In this document: positions 7,504 to 16,373 of the stretch, one piece after another
Layout: each line of letters starts with the position of its first letter
Position numbering within the stretch: the first letter of the stretch is position 1
DNA from: an uncultured virus (IMG/VR IMGVR_UViG_3300048589_001558)
Lineage: Duplodnaviria; Heunggongvirae; Uroviricota; Caudoviricetes
Strand: one strand, 5' to 3'
Virus record (IMG/VR): IMGVR_UViG_3300048589_001558
DNA length: 20,000 nucleotides
Position numbers and translations under genes: made by a program
Notes under the pieces: model-generated
What the model was told of the DNA's origin: nothing
Seen by the model: only the letters and a program-made list of their open reading frames with translations
Databases searched by the model: none

Positions 7504-9291
7504 ATGACCGACATCTACCTTCACGGTATCGAGACCATCGAGAAGAACAGCGGGCCGCGCCCTGTCCAGACCATCGACACCGGAATCATCGGCGGCGTTT
7601 TCACTGCGCCGAACGCCGATCCGGCTATCTGGCCGCTGAATACCGTCGTGCCGGTCCTCGGCTATCAAGGCCTTCCCGGAGGGCTCGGTTCGACCGGCAC
7701 CGGCGCCGATATGTTCGACGGCATCTTCGATCAGGCGACCCGGGCCTCGCAGACGATTCTCGCGGTCCGGGTGGCGGAAGGCGCGAACCTTGCCGAGACC
7801 ATGGGCAACATCATCGGCAGCTCCTTGCTGAAGACGGGCATGCACGCGTTGCGCAAGGCCAAGAGCCAGCACAATCTGACCCCGAAGCTGCTTATTGCGC
7901 CCGGTTACACCAGCACCCGGCCGACGGATGGCGTGGCGTCCATCGCCATCAGCAACGCCGGCTCGGAATACTCCGTGGCGCCTACCCTTGAAATCGTGGG
8001 CGGCGGCGGCGCTGGCGCGACCGCTATCTGCACGATCAATGAAGACGGCGAGGTGGACGAGATTGTCGTCACCAACCCGGGCGCAGGTTATTCGGAGGCT
8101 GCCTACAAGGCTTCCGGCAAGATCACCTTCGCCAGCAACCCCGTGGCGGAGACCACGGTGACGATCGCGGGCACCGCCGTCACGTTCAAGACCAGCGGGG
8201 CCACCGGGCCTCAGGTGAACATCGGCGTGGATCTCGCCGCCACACTCACGGCGCTGGCCTCCATGCTCAACGGTTCGGTCGATGCAGGCCTTTCCTCCGT
8301 CGACTACACAGCGACCGCAACCGAGTTGCAGTTGCAGGCCGCGAGCGCGGGAGCCGCCGGCAACGCGATCACGGTGGCAACCACGGTCGCCGGCGCAACA
8401 GTTTCAGGCGCCACGCTGTCGGGCGGCTACGACGCTCCTTCTGTCGTATTCACCGGGGACGGTTCGGGCGCGGCCGCGACGGTCTCCCTTGGCGTCGTTG
8501 CGAATCCCGTCGTCGCCGAACTGCTCTCGCTGGCGAAGCGCTTCCGTGCTGGCGTTGTCGTGGATGGCCCGAACACGACGCCTTCGGCAGCGGTGCAGTT
8601 CCGCCTCGACTTCGACGATCCGAACCTGCTGATCGTCGATCCGTTCGCGAAGGTCTGGAAGAACAACGCACCCACGAGCATCCCGGCGTCCGCCCGTATC
8701 GCCGGTCTTCAGGCGCGCGTCGATTACGAGGAGGGGTTCTGGTTCTCCTGCTCGAACCATGTTGTCGAGGGGATTATCGGCACCTCCCGCGATGTAGAGC
8801 ACTCGCTGAACGACCCTTCCGTGGAGTCGCAGTACCTCAACAAGAATGGCGTCGCGGCCATTGTCCGCTCGCCGTCCGGCGGCTTCAAGTTCTGGGGCCT
8901 TCGCGGCGCCTCGGCTGATCCCTTGCAGGTATTCTGGTCGGTGCGCCGCTCGCACAACACGATCATCGACTCCGTCGAGATTGCGCACGAACCGTTTGTC
9001 GGCAAGCCGTTCAGCCTCCAAGCACTTCTCGACATCGCCGAGACGGTGAACAGCGCCCTGCGGCGGTGGCGGCGTCTAGGAGCCACGCTCGGCGGCCGTG
9101 TGTGGCTCGATCCACAGCTCAATACGAAGGAGACCTGGGCTGCCGGCCACCTGTACGTGAGCTACGACGCCGAGGCCCCGGCCCCGATCGAGCACATCAC
9201 CTTCGTCTTCAGCCGGAACACTGGCTACTACGAAGTCCTCGCAGACCAGGCGGTTCGCGAGATCGCGCGCCTCGCTGGCCGCAACGTCTAA
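7504..9291 (+). CDS. Contractile tail sheath protein (P2 FI-like) with ~190-aa insertion
   Basis: MTDIYLHGIETIE...GPRPVQTIDTGIIG..TAPNAD; PKLLIAPGY; PASARIAGLQARVDYEEGFWFSCSN; YLNKNGV..IVR..GFKFWG; WLDPQLNT..AGHLYVSYD..PAPIEHITF. Confidence 0.95.
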   Translation: MTDIYLHGIETIEKNSGPRPVQTIDTGIIGGVFTAPNADPAIWPLNTVVPVLGYQGLPGGLGSTGTGADMFDGIFDQATRASQTILAVRVAEGANLAETMGNIIGSSLLKTGMHALRKAKSQHNLTPKLLIAPGYTSTRPTDGVASIAISNAGSEYSVAPTLEIVGGGGAGATAICTINEDGEVDEIVVTNPGAGYSEAAYKASGKITFASNPVAETTVTIAGTAVTFKTSGATGPQVNIGVDLAATLTALASMLNGSVDAGLSSVDYTATATELQLQAASAGAAGNAITVATTVAGATVSGATLSGGYDAPSVVFTGDGSGAAATVSLGVVANPVVAELLSLAKRFRAGVVVDGPNTTPSAAVQFRLDFDDPNLLIVDPFAKVWKNNAPTSIPASARIAGLQARVDYEEGFWFSCSNHVVEGIIGTSRDVEHSLNDPSVESQYLNKNGVAAIVRSPSGGFKFWGLRGASADPLQVFWSVRRSHNTIIDSVEIAHEPFVGKPFSLQALLDIAETVNSALRRWRRLGATLGGRVWLDPQLNTKETWAAGHLYVSYDAEAPAPIEHITFVFSRNTGYYEVLADQAVREIARLAGRNV

Positions 9292-9327
9292 CCCCTCGCC
9301 ATCATCGACTTCTAGGAGCAGAGCGCC

Positions 9328-9837
9328 ATGCGCCATATTCTGCAGGGCTTCACCATGTCCATTGGTGGTAGCGACTTTGGCTACGACACCGACACCATCG
9401 AGCTTCCGAACCCAACGCCGCTCACTCAGGAATACCGGGGCGGCGGCATGGACCTCGGTGTTAACCAGCCGATGGCCGCGCTGGAAGCGCTTGAGGCCAC
9501 GGTAAAGATGCTGGGTCACAGCCCGGATATCATGAAACTCATGGCAAAGGGGCCTGGCCGCACCAGCAGGGTCACTTTCCGCGGCGCCGTGCTCGACGAA
9601 CCTTCGGGCGGCTACGTCACCCACATCGGCATTGTCGAAGGCTGTCCGAACTTCGGGTCCCGCGACGAGTGGAAGCGGGGAGAACAGTCCGGTCTCCAGT
9701 TCATCCTCAACGGCATCATCTACTATCGCTACGAGGCGGGGTCTGACCTGATCCATGAGATTCAGGCTTGGCCTCCGAAGCGCATAGTCAATGGTGTCGA
9801 CGAGCTCGCAGGCATCAACCAGGCTCTTGGCTACTGA
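9328..9837 (+). CDS. Major tail tube protein (P2 FII-like)
   Basis: Follows the sheath with an AGGAG RBS. IELPNP..LTQEYRGGGMD...TFRGA...WKRGE...YYRYE...IHEI....RIVNGVDELAGINQALG, 169 aa. Confidence 0.93.
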   Translation: MRHILQGFTMSIGGSDFGYDTDTIELPNPTPLTQEYRGGGMDLGVNQPMAALEALEATVKMLGHSPDIMKLMAKGPGRTSRVTFRGAVLDEPSGGYVTHIGIVEGCPNFGSRDEWKRGEQSGLQFILNGIIYYRYEAGSDLIHEIQAWPPKRIVNGVDELAGINQALGY

Positions 9838-9847
9838 GGGGGCGAGC

Positions 9848-10300
9848 ATGGCTGATAAGGTAATCAAGGCCGTGAAGCTCGACGCGAACGGCAAGCCGAT
9901 TGGCGAGCAGCCGGGAGCGGCTGAGACCATGGCGCCGAAGGCCCCTCCCCGCTTTCTGCGGGAAGCCGGCTCCAAGACGATCCCGCTTCAGTGGCCGCTT
10001 GAGTATGACGGTGTCGAATACAGGGAGATCACCGTCGGCCGTCTGCGCGGCAAGGCGTTTCGGACGATGCAGGCATTGCGGGGCAAGCACGACGATGACG
10101 ATATTGTCCTGCACTGCATGTCCGGTATCCCGATTGCCGTGATACAGGCGCTCGACGCCGAAGACTACGCGGAGGCGGTGGCGGCGACCTACGCTTTTTT
10201 GCCGGAGAAGATGCTGGCGAAGGCGGCGGAGCTGGCGGCGGAACCGACAGAATCCTCGGACACATCCGAGACATCCGAATCTGGGGCGAGCACTTCCTAG
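9848..10300 (+). CDS. Tail assembly chaperone (P2 gpE-like), 150 aa
   Basis: Start reassigned to ATG 9848 (GAGGGGG RBS after the tube stop). IPLQWPLEYDGVEYREITVGRL...VIQALDAEDY...AFLP. Position between tube and tape measure. Confidence 0.85.
   Translation: MADKVIKAVKLDANGKPIGEQPGAAETMAPKAPPRFLREAGSKTIPLQWPLEYDGVEYREITVGRLRGKAFRTMQALRGKHDDDDIVLHCMSGIPIAVIQALDAEDYAEAVAATYAFLPEKMLAKAAELAAEPTESSDTSETSESGASTS
10195..10201 (+). promoter_or_regulatory. Programmed -1 ribosomal frameshift site (TTTTTTG)
   Basis: GCT TTT TTG in gpE is the same T6G slippery sequence used in P2 gene E. The -1 frame is open from here to TAA at 10477-10479. Confidence 0.75.
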
Positions 10301-10479
10301 AGTTCCCGGAATACTCCGCCATGGTCGCGGCGGAGCTCAATTTCTCGTACGAAACGCTGATGGATATGGAGTTCCATGAGCTCCTGAAGGTCTGGTATCC
10401 GCAGGCCTGCAAGATCTTTCAGCACCGCGAGAAGATGCGCGTCAACGGTCTCGTGAAAGGTCTCTTCGGTGGCAAGTAA
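10198..10479 (+). CDS. gpE' frameshift extension (C-terminal part of gpE+E', ~210 aa total); absent from ORF track
   Basis: -1 frame reads FAGEDAGEGGGAGGGTDRILGHIRDIRIWGEHFLEFPEYSAMVAAELNFSYETLMDMEFHELLKVWYPQACKIFQHREKMRVNGLVKGLFGGK*. The VAAELNFSYETLMDM..HELLKVW..QA part matches the gpE'/gpT pattern. Its end overlaps the tape measure GTG. An in-frame ATG lies at 10321. Confidence 0.75.
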   Translation, partial: FAGEDAGEGGGAGGGTDRILGHIRDIRIWGEHFLEFPEYSAMVAAELNFSYETLMDMEFHELLKVWYPQACKIFQHREKMRVNGLVKGLFGGK

Positions 10480-13414
10480 AGAAGCCCGCCTGATCATGCG
10501 GCTGGTCGATCAGGTCAGCGGGCCTGGTCGGGCGATCTCCGCGTCGCTTGGTGCGCTGAACAAGACCGTCGTCGGCTTCACATCGATGGCCATGTTGCCA
10601 TCCCGCGCCCTCGGAACGATGGCACGCGACATGCGCCGGCGCGTGACGGACATGACCGCCATGTCGGCCGGTCTTTCCATCGGGCTGGCGCAGGTGGCGC
10701 GCAGCGTCTACGACCTTGAGAAGAACCTGAACAAGGGACAGGCCGCTGGCGACCTCAGCCTTCAGCAGAGAAGCAATTTGCTGAAGCATGCGGTCAAGCT
10801 GAACTACGACTACGCGGCGACTGCGAGCGAGATCGTCGAGGGCGCTAACGAAATTCTGAGGTCCGGCCTCTCCTATGAGCAGACCATCGGCTCCCTGAAC
10901 GGCATCCTCGATACCGCGCAGGCGATGGATGTGCCGATCTCGCAGGCCTCGACCGCGATCGTGAACGCCATGGTCGCACAGAAGATGGCGATGGAGGACA
11001 TGAATGCGACGATGAAATCGTCCATTCGCATGGCCGATCTGTTCGCCTATGCGATGAAGGAAACCGCCGGCGCTACGCTGGAGGATTTCACGACTTCCGG
11101 CAAATACTTCAACCCGGTCGCCGCCGCCATCGGGATGAAGCCGGGCGAAACGATGGCCTGGCAGATCGCTCTTGCCAAGGCCGGCATATACGGATCTTCC
11201 GCCGGCACGGGATTGCGCGCGGCTCCGGTGCGCGTGGCCGCGCCGAGCCCAAAGGCGCGCGAAGCGTTCGCCCGACTCGGCATTAATCCGGAAGACTTCG
11301 TCGGCAAGAAGATGGGCAACGCGACCGGCGACACCGTTGCCGCAGCGCTGGAGGCGGCCGGTTTTTCCGCCGAGGGCATAGAGGCCGAACTCGCTCGGCT
11401 GATCGCGAATCCTCGGCTGAGGAAATCGCCGGCGAAGCTGGCCAACGCCATCATCGACGCCTTCGGTGCCGAGCTCGGTGGCACCACAGGTCAGGACCGC
11501 ACGCTCATCGCGGACACGATCCAGAGCGCGCTCACCGCCGGCGTCTCAGAGATCGACCTCTATGGCGTCCTCAAGGCGCTTCGTGACAAGGGTGCCGGCG
11601 TCGCCGACTACGCCGCGATCTTCGGCCTGCACCACGCATCCAAGATGCAGGCGATTGATCTCGACATCCTGAAGCACTACCTCGACGCCACCGAAGGCGA
11701 GGCGATCGGCACTGCGCGCAAGATGCGCGAGATCATGATGCAGGGCATCGTGAAGGCCTGGAACCAGTTCACCGCGTCCATCGAGGCGATGTCCATCGCG
11801 TTCGGCAAGTCGGGGCTCCTTGAGCAGGCCACCACCGGATTCAACAAGCTGGCCGACGCCATAACCGACCTCGCCGATACCAATCCCGATATTCTGCGCT
11901 TCTCGGGCTACGCGGCTCTCGCGCTCGCCGCCATGGCTCCGCTGGGGCTGGCCATTTCCGGCGTCGCCTCCTCCCTCGCCTTCATGGCAAACCCGCTGAC
12001 GATCGTCGCCGGCGCGCTCGGCGCGCTGGCGTATCACAACTGGGATTTCGTCACTCGGTCGCTGACGGCCTTCGCTAGCGGCTTCCTCGACAAGCTAGAC
12101 CCTCAGATTCTCGACGGTGCGGCGAGCGCCTTCGAACGGCTCAAGGCTGCGTTCTCCGGCGAGTCAATCAAGTTCGACGCGAGCTGGTCGAAATTCTTCG
12201 CCGGGATCGGCAGCGGCACAGCCGAAGGCATCAACAGCATCGTCGATGCGATCCTGCGCCTATATAACACGAAAGGCATGCAGGGCTTCATCGAGGGCGT
12301 CGGCACCGCCTTCAGCAACATGGCCTCGGCCGTGAAGTACCTCGCAGAGCAGGCATCGGCCTTCTCCGGAGCGATGCAGCCGCTCATCGACTTCCTCAAC
12401 AGCGATGCTGGCAAGGCGTTCGGTGAGTTTGCGGGCCAGATGTGGGGTTACGGTGCAGGATTTGTCGTGGCGGCCGCCGGCATCGGCATGGCCGCCGCCG
12501 CGATCCGCAGCATGGCAGGCGCGTTGCTTGCCTTGTCGGGAGCAAAGGCCGGCGCGTCGGTACTCGGCGCGCTGCTGGGCCTCGCCGGCGGCGGTGGCGG
12601 CAAGGGTGCGGCGGCCGCCGGCGGCGGGCTGCTCGGTCGGCTTCTCGGCGTCGGCAAGGGGAAGGGCTTCGGGCTCGGCATCCTCGGCGGTGGCGCACTG
12701 CTCGGCGGCCTCATGTACCTGCTCAAGGATTACGAGGGCGGGGTCTGGCACACCAAACCGCCGAAGCAGCGGAACAGCGCCCTCGCCGACTGGATGGAGG
12801 AAACGCGCCGGAAGAACCTCGCGGCGCGGAGCCGGTTTGTGCCGGACGGCCCTGATGACGCGCAGCGTTCCGGCAAGTCGAACTGGCAGCCGAAGGCCGT
12901 CAATCCGATGTGGGAATTGCCGACTACGGCCGAAGGCGTGGCGATCTTCAACAGGCTGGTCAATGAGAGCCAGGCAGCAGGACAGAAAGTGCAGGAGAAC
13001 CTCAGCATTGAGGCTACTCCTGTCGTGAATTCATCCTACATCGACGCCGCTATACGGAAGGCAAGCACACTGCGCGCCATGCTCGGCGGTATCACCGGCG
13101 GCGGCGCCGCCGCGCCGACGCCCGGCCTGTCCAAGTTCGGCGGCCCGCGCGCCGGCGGCGGTCCTGTATCCCGAGGTATGAACTATCTCGTCGGTGAGGA
13201 AGGCCCCGAGATCTTCTCGCCCGGCAGCAGCGGTACGATCACACCCAACCACGCCCTAGGGAAAGGCGGCGGGATCAGCATCACGAACCACATCAGTATC
13301 AGCGGTGGAAATTCCGACGAGATCATACGGAAACTCATGCACAAGCTCGACTTCCAACTGATGCGCTCTCGGCAGACGAACCTTGATGGCCGGCCGAGAT
13401 ACGAGTTTGGCTGA
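10469..13414 (+). CDS. Tail tape measure protein (981 aa)
   Basis: GTG start with AAAGG RBS. Ala/Gly-rich helical protein with a TP901-like core (ALAKAGIYGSSAGTGLRA), hydrophobic segments and the C-terminal RAGGGPV..G.NYLVGEEGPEIFSP motif. Confidence 0.93.
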   Translation: MASKEARLIMRLVDQVSGPGRAISASLGALNKTVVGFTSMAMLPSRALGTMARDMRRRVTDMTAMSAGLSIGLAQVARSVYDLEKNLNKGQAAGDLSLQQRSNLLKHAVKLNYDYAATASEIVEGANEILRSGLSYEQTIGSLNGILDTAQAMDVPISQASTAIVNAMVAQKMAMEDMNATMKSSIRMADLFAYAMKETAGATLEDFTTSGKYFNPVAAAIGMKPGETMAWQIALAKAGIYGSSAGTGLRAAPVRVAAPSPKAREAFARLGINPEDFVGKKMGNATGDTVAAALEAAGFSAEGIEAELARLIANPRLRKSPAKLANAIIDAFGAELGGTTGQDRTLIADTIQSALTAGVSEIDLYGVLKALRDKGAGVADYAAIFGLHHASKMQAIDLDILKHYLDATEGEAIGTARKMREIMMQGIVKAWNQFTASIEAMSIAFGKSGLLEQATTGFNKLADAITDLADTNPDILRFSGYAALALAAMAPLGLAISGVASSLAFMANPLTIVAGALGALAYHNWDFVTRSLTAFASGFLDKLDPQILDGAASAFERLKAAFSGESIKFDASWSKFFAGIGSGTAEGINSIVDAILRLYNTKGMQGFIEGVGTAFSNMASAVKYLAEQASAFSGAMQPLIDFLNSDAGKAFGEFAGQMWGYGAGFVVAAAGIGMAAAAIRSMAGALLALSGAKAGASVLGALLGLAGGGGGKGAAAAGGGLLGRLLGVGKGKGFGLGILGGGALLGGLMYLLKDYEGGVWHTKPPKQRNSALADWMEETRRKNLAARSRFVPDGPDDAQRSGKSNWQPKAVNPMWELPTTAEGVAIFNRLVNESQAAGQKVQENLSIEATPVVNSSYIDAAIRKASTLRAMLGGITGGGAAAPTPGLSKFGGPRAGGGPVSRGMNYLVGEEGPEIFSPGSSGTITPNHALGKGGGISITNHISISGGNSDEIIRKLMHKLDFQLMRSRQTNLDGRPRYEFG

Positions 13415-13419
13415 CCACC

Positions 13420-13893
13420 ATGCTTATGGGTTGGGGTCCCTTCCGCTTCACGGTGCCGAACTATTCGGTCGAGCAGCTCGCACACAACGTTAAATCCCGC
13501 GTCTCGTCGCAGCAGGTGATCGGTGCTCGCCCGCCGACGCACCTTCTTGGTCCCGACGAAGAAACGATCACGCTCAAAAGCACATTCCATCCGTTGCACC
13601 TCAACGGTAGGGGGTTGGCACAGCTCGCGGGTGTACAAGAGGCTGTTCGTCAGCAAGTCCCGCTTATCCTCGTTGATGCGGTCGGGCGAAATTGGCGGCG
13701 ATGGATCGGCACTTCGATCGACGCCGATAGCGCAGATTTTGCGCCAGGCGGGATACAGCAAACCGTAACTGTGTCGCTCTCGCTGACCTACTATGTCGGT
13801 GGCGTGGGCGAAGGCATTGGCGTTGGAAGCGCGGGTTTCGGCTTCTCCACCAGCTTCTCTGCCGGTCCCTTTTCGGTATCGCTCGGCTTCTGA
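13420..13893 (+). CDS. Tail protein, P2 gpU-like
   Basis: MLMGWGPFRF...IGARPPTHLLGPDEETITLKSTFHP...PLILVDAVGRNWRRW, directly after the tape measure. Confidence 0.88.
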   Translation: MLMGWGPFRFTVPNYSVEQLAHNVKSRVSSQQVIGARPPTHLLGPDEETITLKSTFHPLHLNGRGLAQLAGVQEAVRQQVPLILVDAVGRNWRRWIGTSIDADSADFAPGGIQQTVTVSLSLTYYVGGVGEGIGVGSAGFGFSTSFSAGPFSVSLGF

Positions 13894-15008
13894 TGCCCGT
13901 CCCTACCTTCAGCATCTTCACCGGCGCCGGCGACGACATCACCGGCAAGCTGCGCGGCGGTGGCATGTCGATGTCGATTACCGATGGCGACGGACTCAAC
14001 GCCGACTCGCTGCAGATCACGGTCGACGACATCAACGGCAGCGTCAATGTGCCGCCGACCGGCGCGGCATTGCTGCCGCGCGGCGGATACAAGGGCGGTG
14101 CCGTCCGCGACTATGGCGTGTTCATCGTCGACCAGATCACGCTTTCCGGCTTCCCGCAGCAGATTTCCATCTCTGCCCAGGCTCTCGCCGCCAAGCAGAA
14201 CGGTAAGCGAAAGGAGCCAAAGGACTACCGCAAGGAGGAGTACCCGACCTTCGGAGATGTATTCGCCGAGATAGCCAGCCAAGGCGGCTGGTCGCTTTCC
14301 ATAGCCGGATCGATCGCGAGCATCCCAAACGAGTATGTCGCGAAGGGCGAGGAAGAGTACATTGAGTTCGCGTCGCGTCTTGGTCGGCGGCTCGACGCCG
14401 CCGTTGCAGTCAAGAGTGGACGCCTGGTTGTTGTCGAGCGCGGATCTGGCATGGCTGTCAGCGGCGCAGCCATGCCTACGATCTTCATCGCCAAGGGCGT
14501 CAATCTGATTTCGTATCAGGTCTCTATGCAGGATGCGCCGAAACACAGCTCGGTTGAGGCGACTTGGTACGACCGCCGCAAGAACAAGCGGATGGTGGAG
14601 ATGGTGCCGGGCGGGTCCGAAGGGCCGCCCTACCTGATGCGATCACCGTTTCAGAGCGCGTCCGAGGCTAAGCTGGCGGCGACAGCGCAAGCCAACGAGC
14701 TAAAGCGCGCTGAGGCGACCGCCAACTTCACGATCAAGGGCGATCCTGCCGCGTCCGGAGGTTCCTTCGTGCAGGCGTCGGGTATTCGAGCCGGTGTCGA
14801 TGGCCGGTGGTTCGCGCGGACCGTCACCCACAACTACTCCGCGTCGCAGGATTTCCAATGCACCGTGGAATGCGAACTTCCTACCGCTGGTGGAGCGACA
14901 GCGGCAGTGGGCTTCGGAGCTGGTGCCACGGTGCGCCCGACGACCGCCGGACCACAGTCTGTCGCCGGGGCCACCGATAACCCAACCCTTCTCATCGATG
15001 AGCAATAA
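13893..15008 (+). CDS. Baseplate hub / late control protein, P2 gpD-like
   Basis: TGATG coupling. SITDGDGLNADSLQITVDD...YGVFIVDQITLSGFP...FASRLGRRLDAAVAVKSGRL...GIRAGVDGRWFARTVTH. Confidence 0.9.
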   Translation: MPVPTFSIFTGAGDDITGKLRGGGMSMSITDGDGLNADSLQITVDDINGSVNVPPTGAALLPRGGYKGGAVRDYGVFIVDQITLSGFPQQISISAQALAAKQNGKRKEPKDYRKEEYPTFGDVFAEIASQGGWSLSIAGSIASIPNEYVAKGEEEYIEFASRLGRRLDAAVAVKSGRLVVVERGSGMAVSGAAMPTIFIAKGVNLISYQVSMQDAPKHSSVEATWYDRRKNKRMVEMVPGGSEGPPYLMRSPFQSASEAKLAATAQANELKRAEATANFTIKGDPAASGGSFVQASGIRAGVDGRWFARTVTHNYSASQDFQCTVECELPTAGGATAAVGFGAGATVRPTTAGPQSVAGATDNPTLLIDEQ

Positions 15009-15017
15009 GCGGCGACC

Positions 15018-15251
15018 ATGAAGTTTGACGTCCAGCCGGACGGCACCACGACTTATACGACCAGCGATGGCGATATGGTCGACCTGATCGCCTACAAGTT
15101 TTACGGCGCCCACGAAACCACGCCTGTCGTCTATCGCGCCAATCCAGACCTCGTCTTTCTCCCCGAGGTCCTCCCGGCCGGCGTCGTCATCACGATGCCG
15201 GCGTATACCCCTCCCCCGCAGGTCTCCCAGCAGATCAATCTCTGGGACTGA
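15018..15251 (+). CDS. Tail protein X (P2 gpX-like, LysM-related)
   Basis: YTTSDGDMVDLIAYKFYG...VYRANPDL...LPAGVVITMP...INLWD. Confidence 0.92.
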   Translation: MKFDVQPDGTTTYTTSDGDMVDLIAYKFYGAHETTPVVYRANPDLVFLPEVLPAGVVITMPAYTPPPQVSQQINLWD

Positions 15252-15272
15252 TATTCCCGAAAGGCTTTCATT

Positions 15273-16148
15273 ATGGATCGCGCGAAGTTCTTCGCCGCGC
15301 TGCGTGCGCGCGGCTCCGGCGTCTTTGGCACCAGCCTCAGCACCGGCCAGGTGCAAGGCGTCGAAGCTCTCCTCGATTCCTGTGTCCGCAACAGTGTCAC
15401 CGATCCTCACCACGTATCCAACGTGTTGGCCCAGGTCTACCGCGAGACCGGCGGCCGCATGGTGCCGGTCCGTGAAACCTTCGCCGACAGCGACGACGAG
15501 ACGATCCGCCGCCTCGAGCGCGCATGGAAGGCCGGCAAACTCCCGTGGGTGAAGGAGCCCTACTGGCGTGACGGAGGCTTCGGCCGCGGCCCGATCCAGA
15601 TCACGCATTGGGACAACTACGAGAAGATGGGCAAGCGGCTCGGCGTCCCGCTCCGCAAGAATCCCTCTTTGGCGCTGGACCCGAAGATCGGTGCCGACAT
15701 CGCCGTCGTCGGCATGGCTGAGGGCATGTTTCGGAGCAGGAAGCTGGCCGACTACAAGTTCCCGGCCGCGCTCAATGCCCTGCCGAAGAATAACCCGCGC
15801 CGGATCGTGAACGGGGAGGACGGGACGGACGAAGACGTCGCCGGCTATCACCGCGCCTTCTATTCGGCTCTCATGGCGGCCGGCTACTCGGCAACGGCCA
15901 ACCCTGCGCCTGCTCCAGCTCCAACCCCGATACCGGCTCCGGAGGCGCCCGCTGCGCCGGCGCCAGCGCCTGCCCCGGAGCCCCAGCCGTCCAAGCCGGC
16001 AACCGAGCCGTCGAAGGATGTGACCGCCGCGAAGCCGAAATCGAAGGGCATCTTCGGCCTCATCGGCGCGCTCATCCTCGTGAGCCTCTACGCCTTATGG
16101 GCATGGCTGACGGCCCTGCCCTGCGATCTCGTCGGTCTTTGGTGCTGA
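15273..16148 (+). CDS. Endolysin, GH19/lysozyme-like, with Pro/Ala linker and C-terminal transmembrane segment
   Basis: LAQVYRETGG.MVPVRE, GRGPIQITHWDNY, NPSLALDP, RRIVNG motifs, then PAPAPAP linker, KPKSK and GIFGLIGALILVSLYALWAWL. Confidence 0.85.
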   Translation: MDRAKFFAALRARGSGVFGTSLSTGQVQGVEALLDSCVRNSVTDPHHVSNVLAQVYRETGGRMVPVRETFADSDDETIRRLERAWKAGKLPWVKEPYWRDGGFGRGPIQITHWDNYEKMGKRLGVPLRKNPSLALDPKIGADIAVVGMAEGMFRSRKLADYKFPAALNALPKNNPRRIVNGEDGTDEDVAGYHRAFYSALMAAGYSATANPAPAPAPTPIPAPEAPAAPAPAPAPEPQPSKPATEPSKDVTAAKPKSKGIFGLIGALILVSLYALWAWLTALPCDLVGLWC

Positions 16149-16160
16149 AAGGAAACGCTC

Positions 16161-16373
16161 ATGTGGAGCAGGATCAAGTCGTTCTTCAAGGACAGCGAGA
16201 CCATCTTCTGGGCTCGCGCGCAGACGCTGCTCGGCGTCCTCGCGGCCGTCGTAACCTATGTCGAACCGGCGGTGCTCCAGCCGCTGATCCCGAGCGAGGC
16301 GTTCCCCTACTTCCTCGTCGTCAATGGACTTCTCACGGAGTACCTGCGGCGGCGCAGGGCGGACGACCTGTGA
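16161..16373 (+). CDS. Putative holin / small membrane lysis protein (70 aa)
   Basis: AAAGGA RBS, two hydrophobic stretches, highly charged C-terminus (YLRRRRADDL), located right after the endolysin. Confidence 0.6.
   Translation: MWSRIKSFFKDSETIFWARAQTLLGVLAAVVTYVEPAVLQPLIPSEAFPYFLVVNGLLTEYLRRRRADDL

Noticed and set aside
10171..10175. GGAGG as a Shine-Dalgarno-type frameshift stimulator
   Set aside because: About 19 nt upstream of the slippery site, further than the ~10-14 nt typical for -1 stimulation.
1203..15851. Many long antisense or alternate-frame ORFs (e.g. 1203-2312, 2337-3221, 4585-5448, 9076-9975, 14700-15851)
   Set aside because: Shadow ORFs expected in high-GC coding DNA. 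They fully overlap well-supported tail genes and show no recognisable motifs.
15900..15990. CCGGCG/CCTGCG-like repeats
   Set aside because: They encode the Pro-Ala linker of the endolysin and are not an independent DNA element.
16097..16372. N-terminal 92 aa of the track's 192-aa ORF
   Set aside because: Overlaps the endolysin end and the holin-like gene. The likely start is the coupled ATG at 16373.
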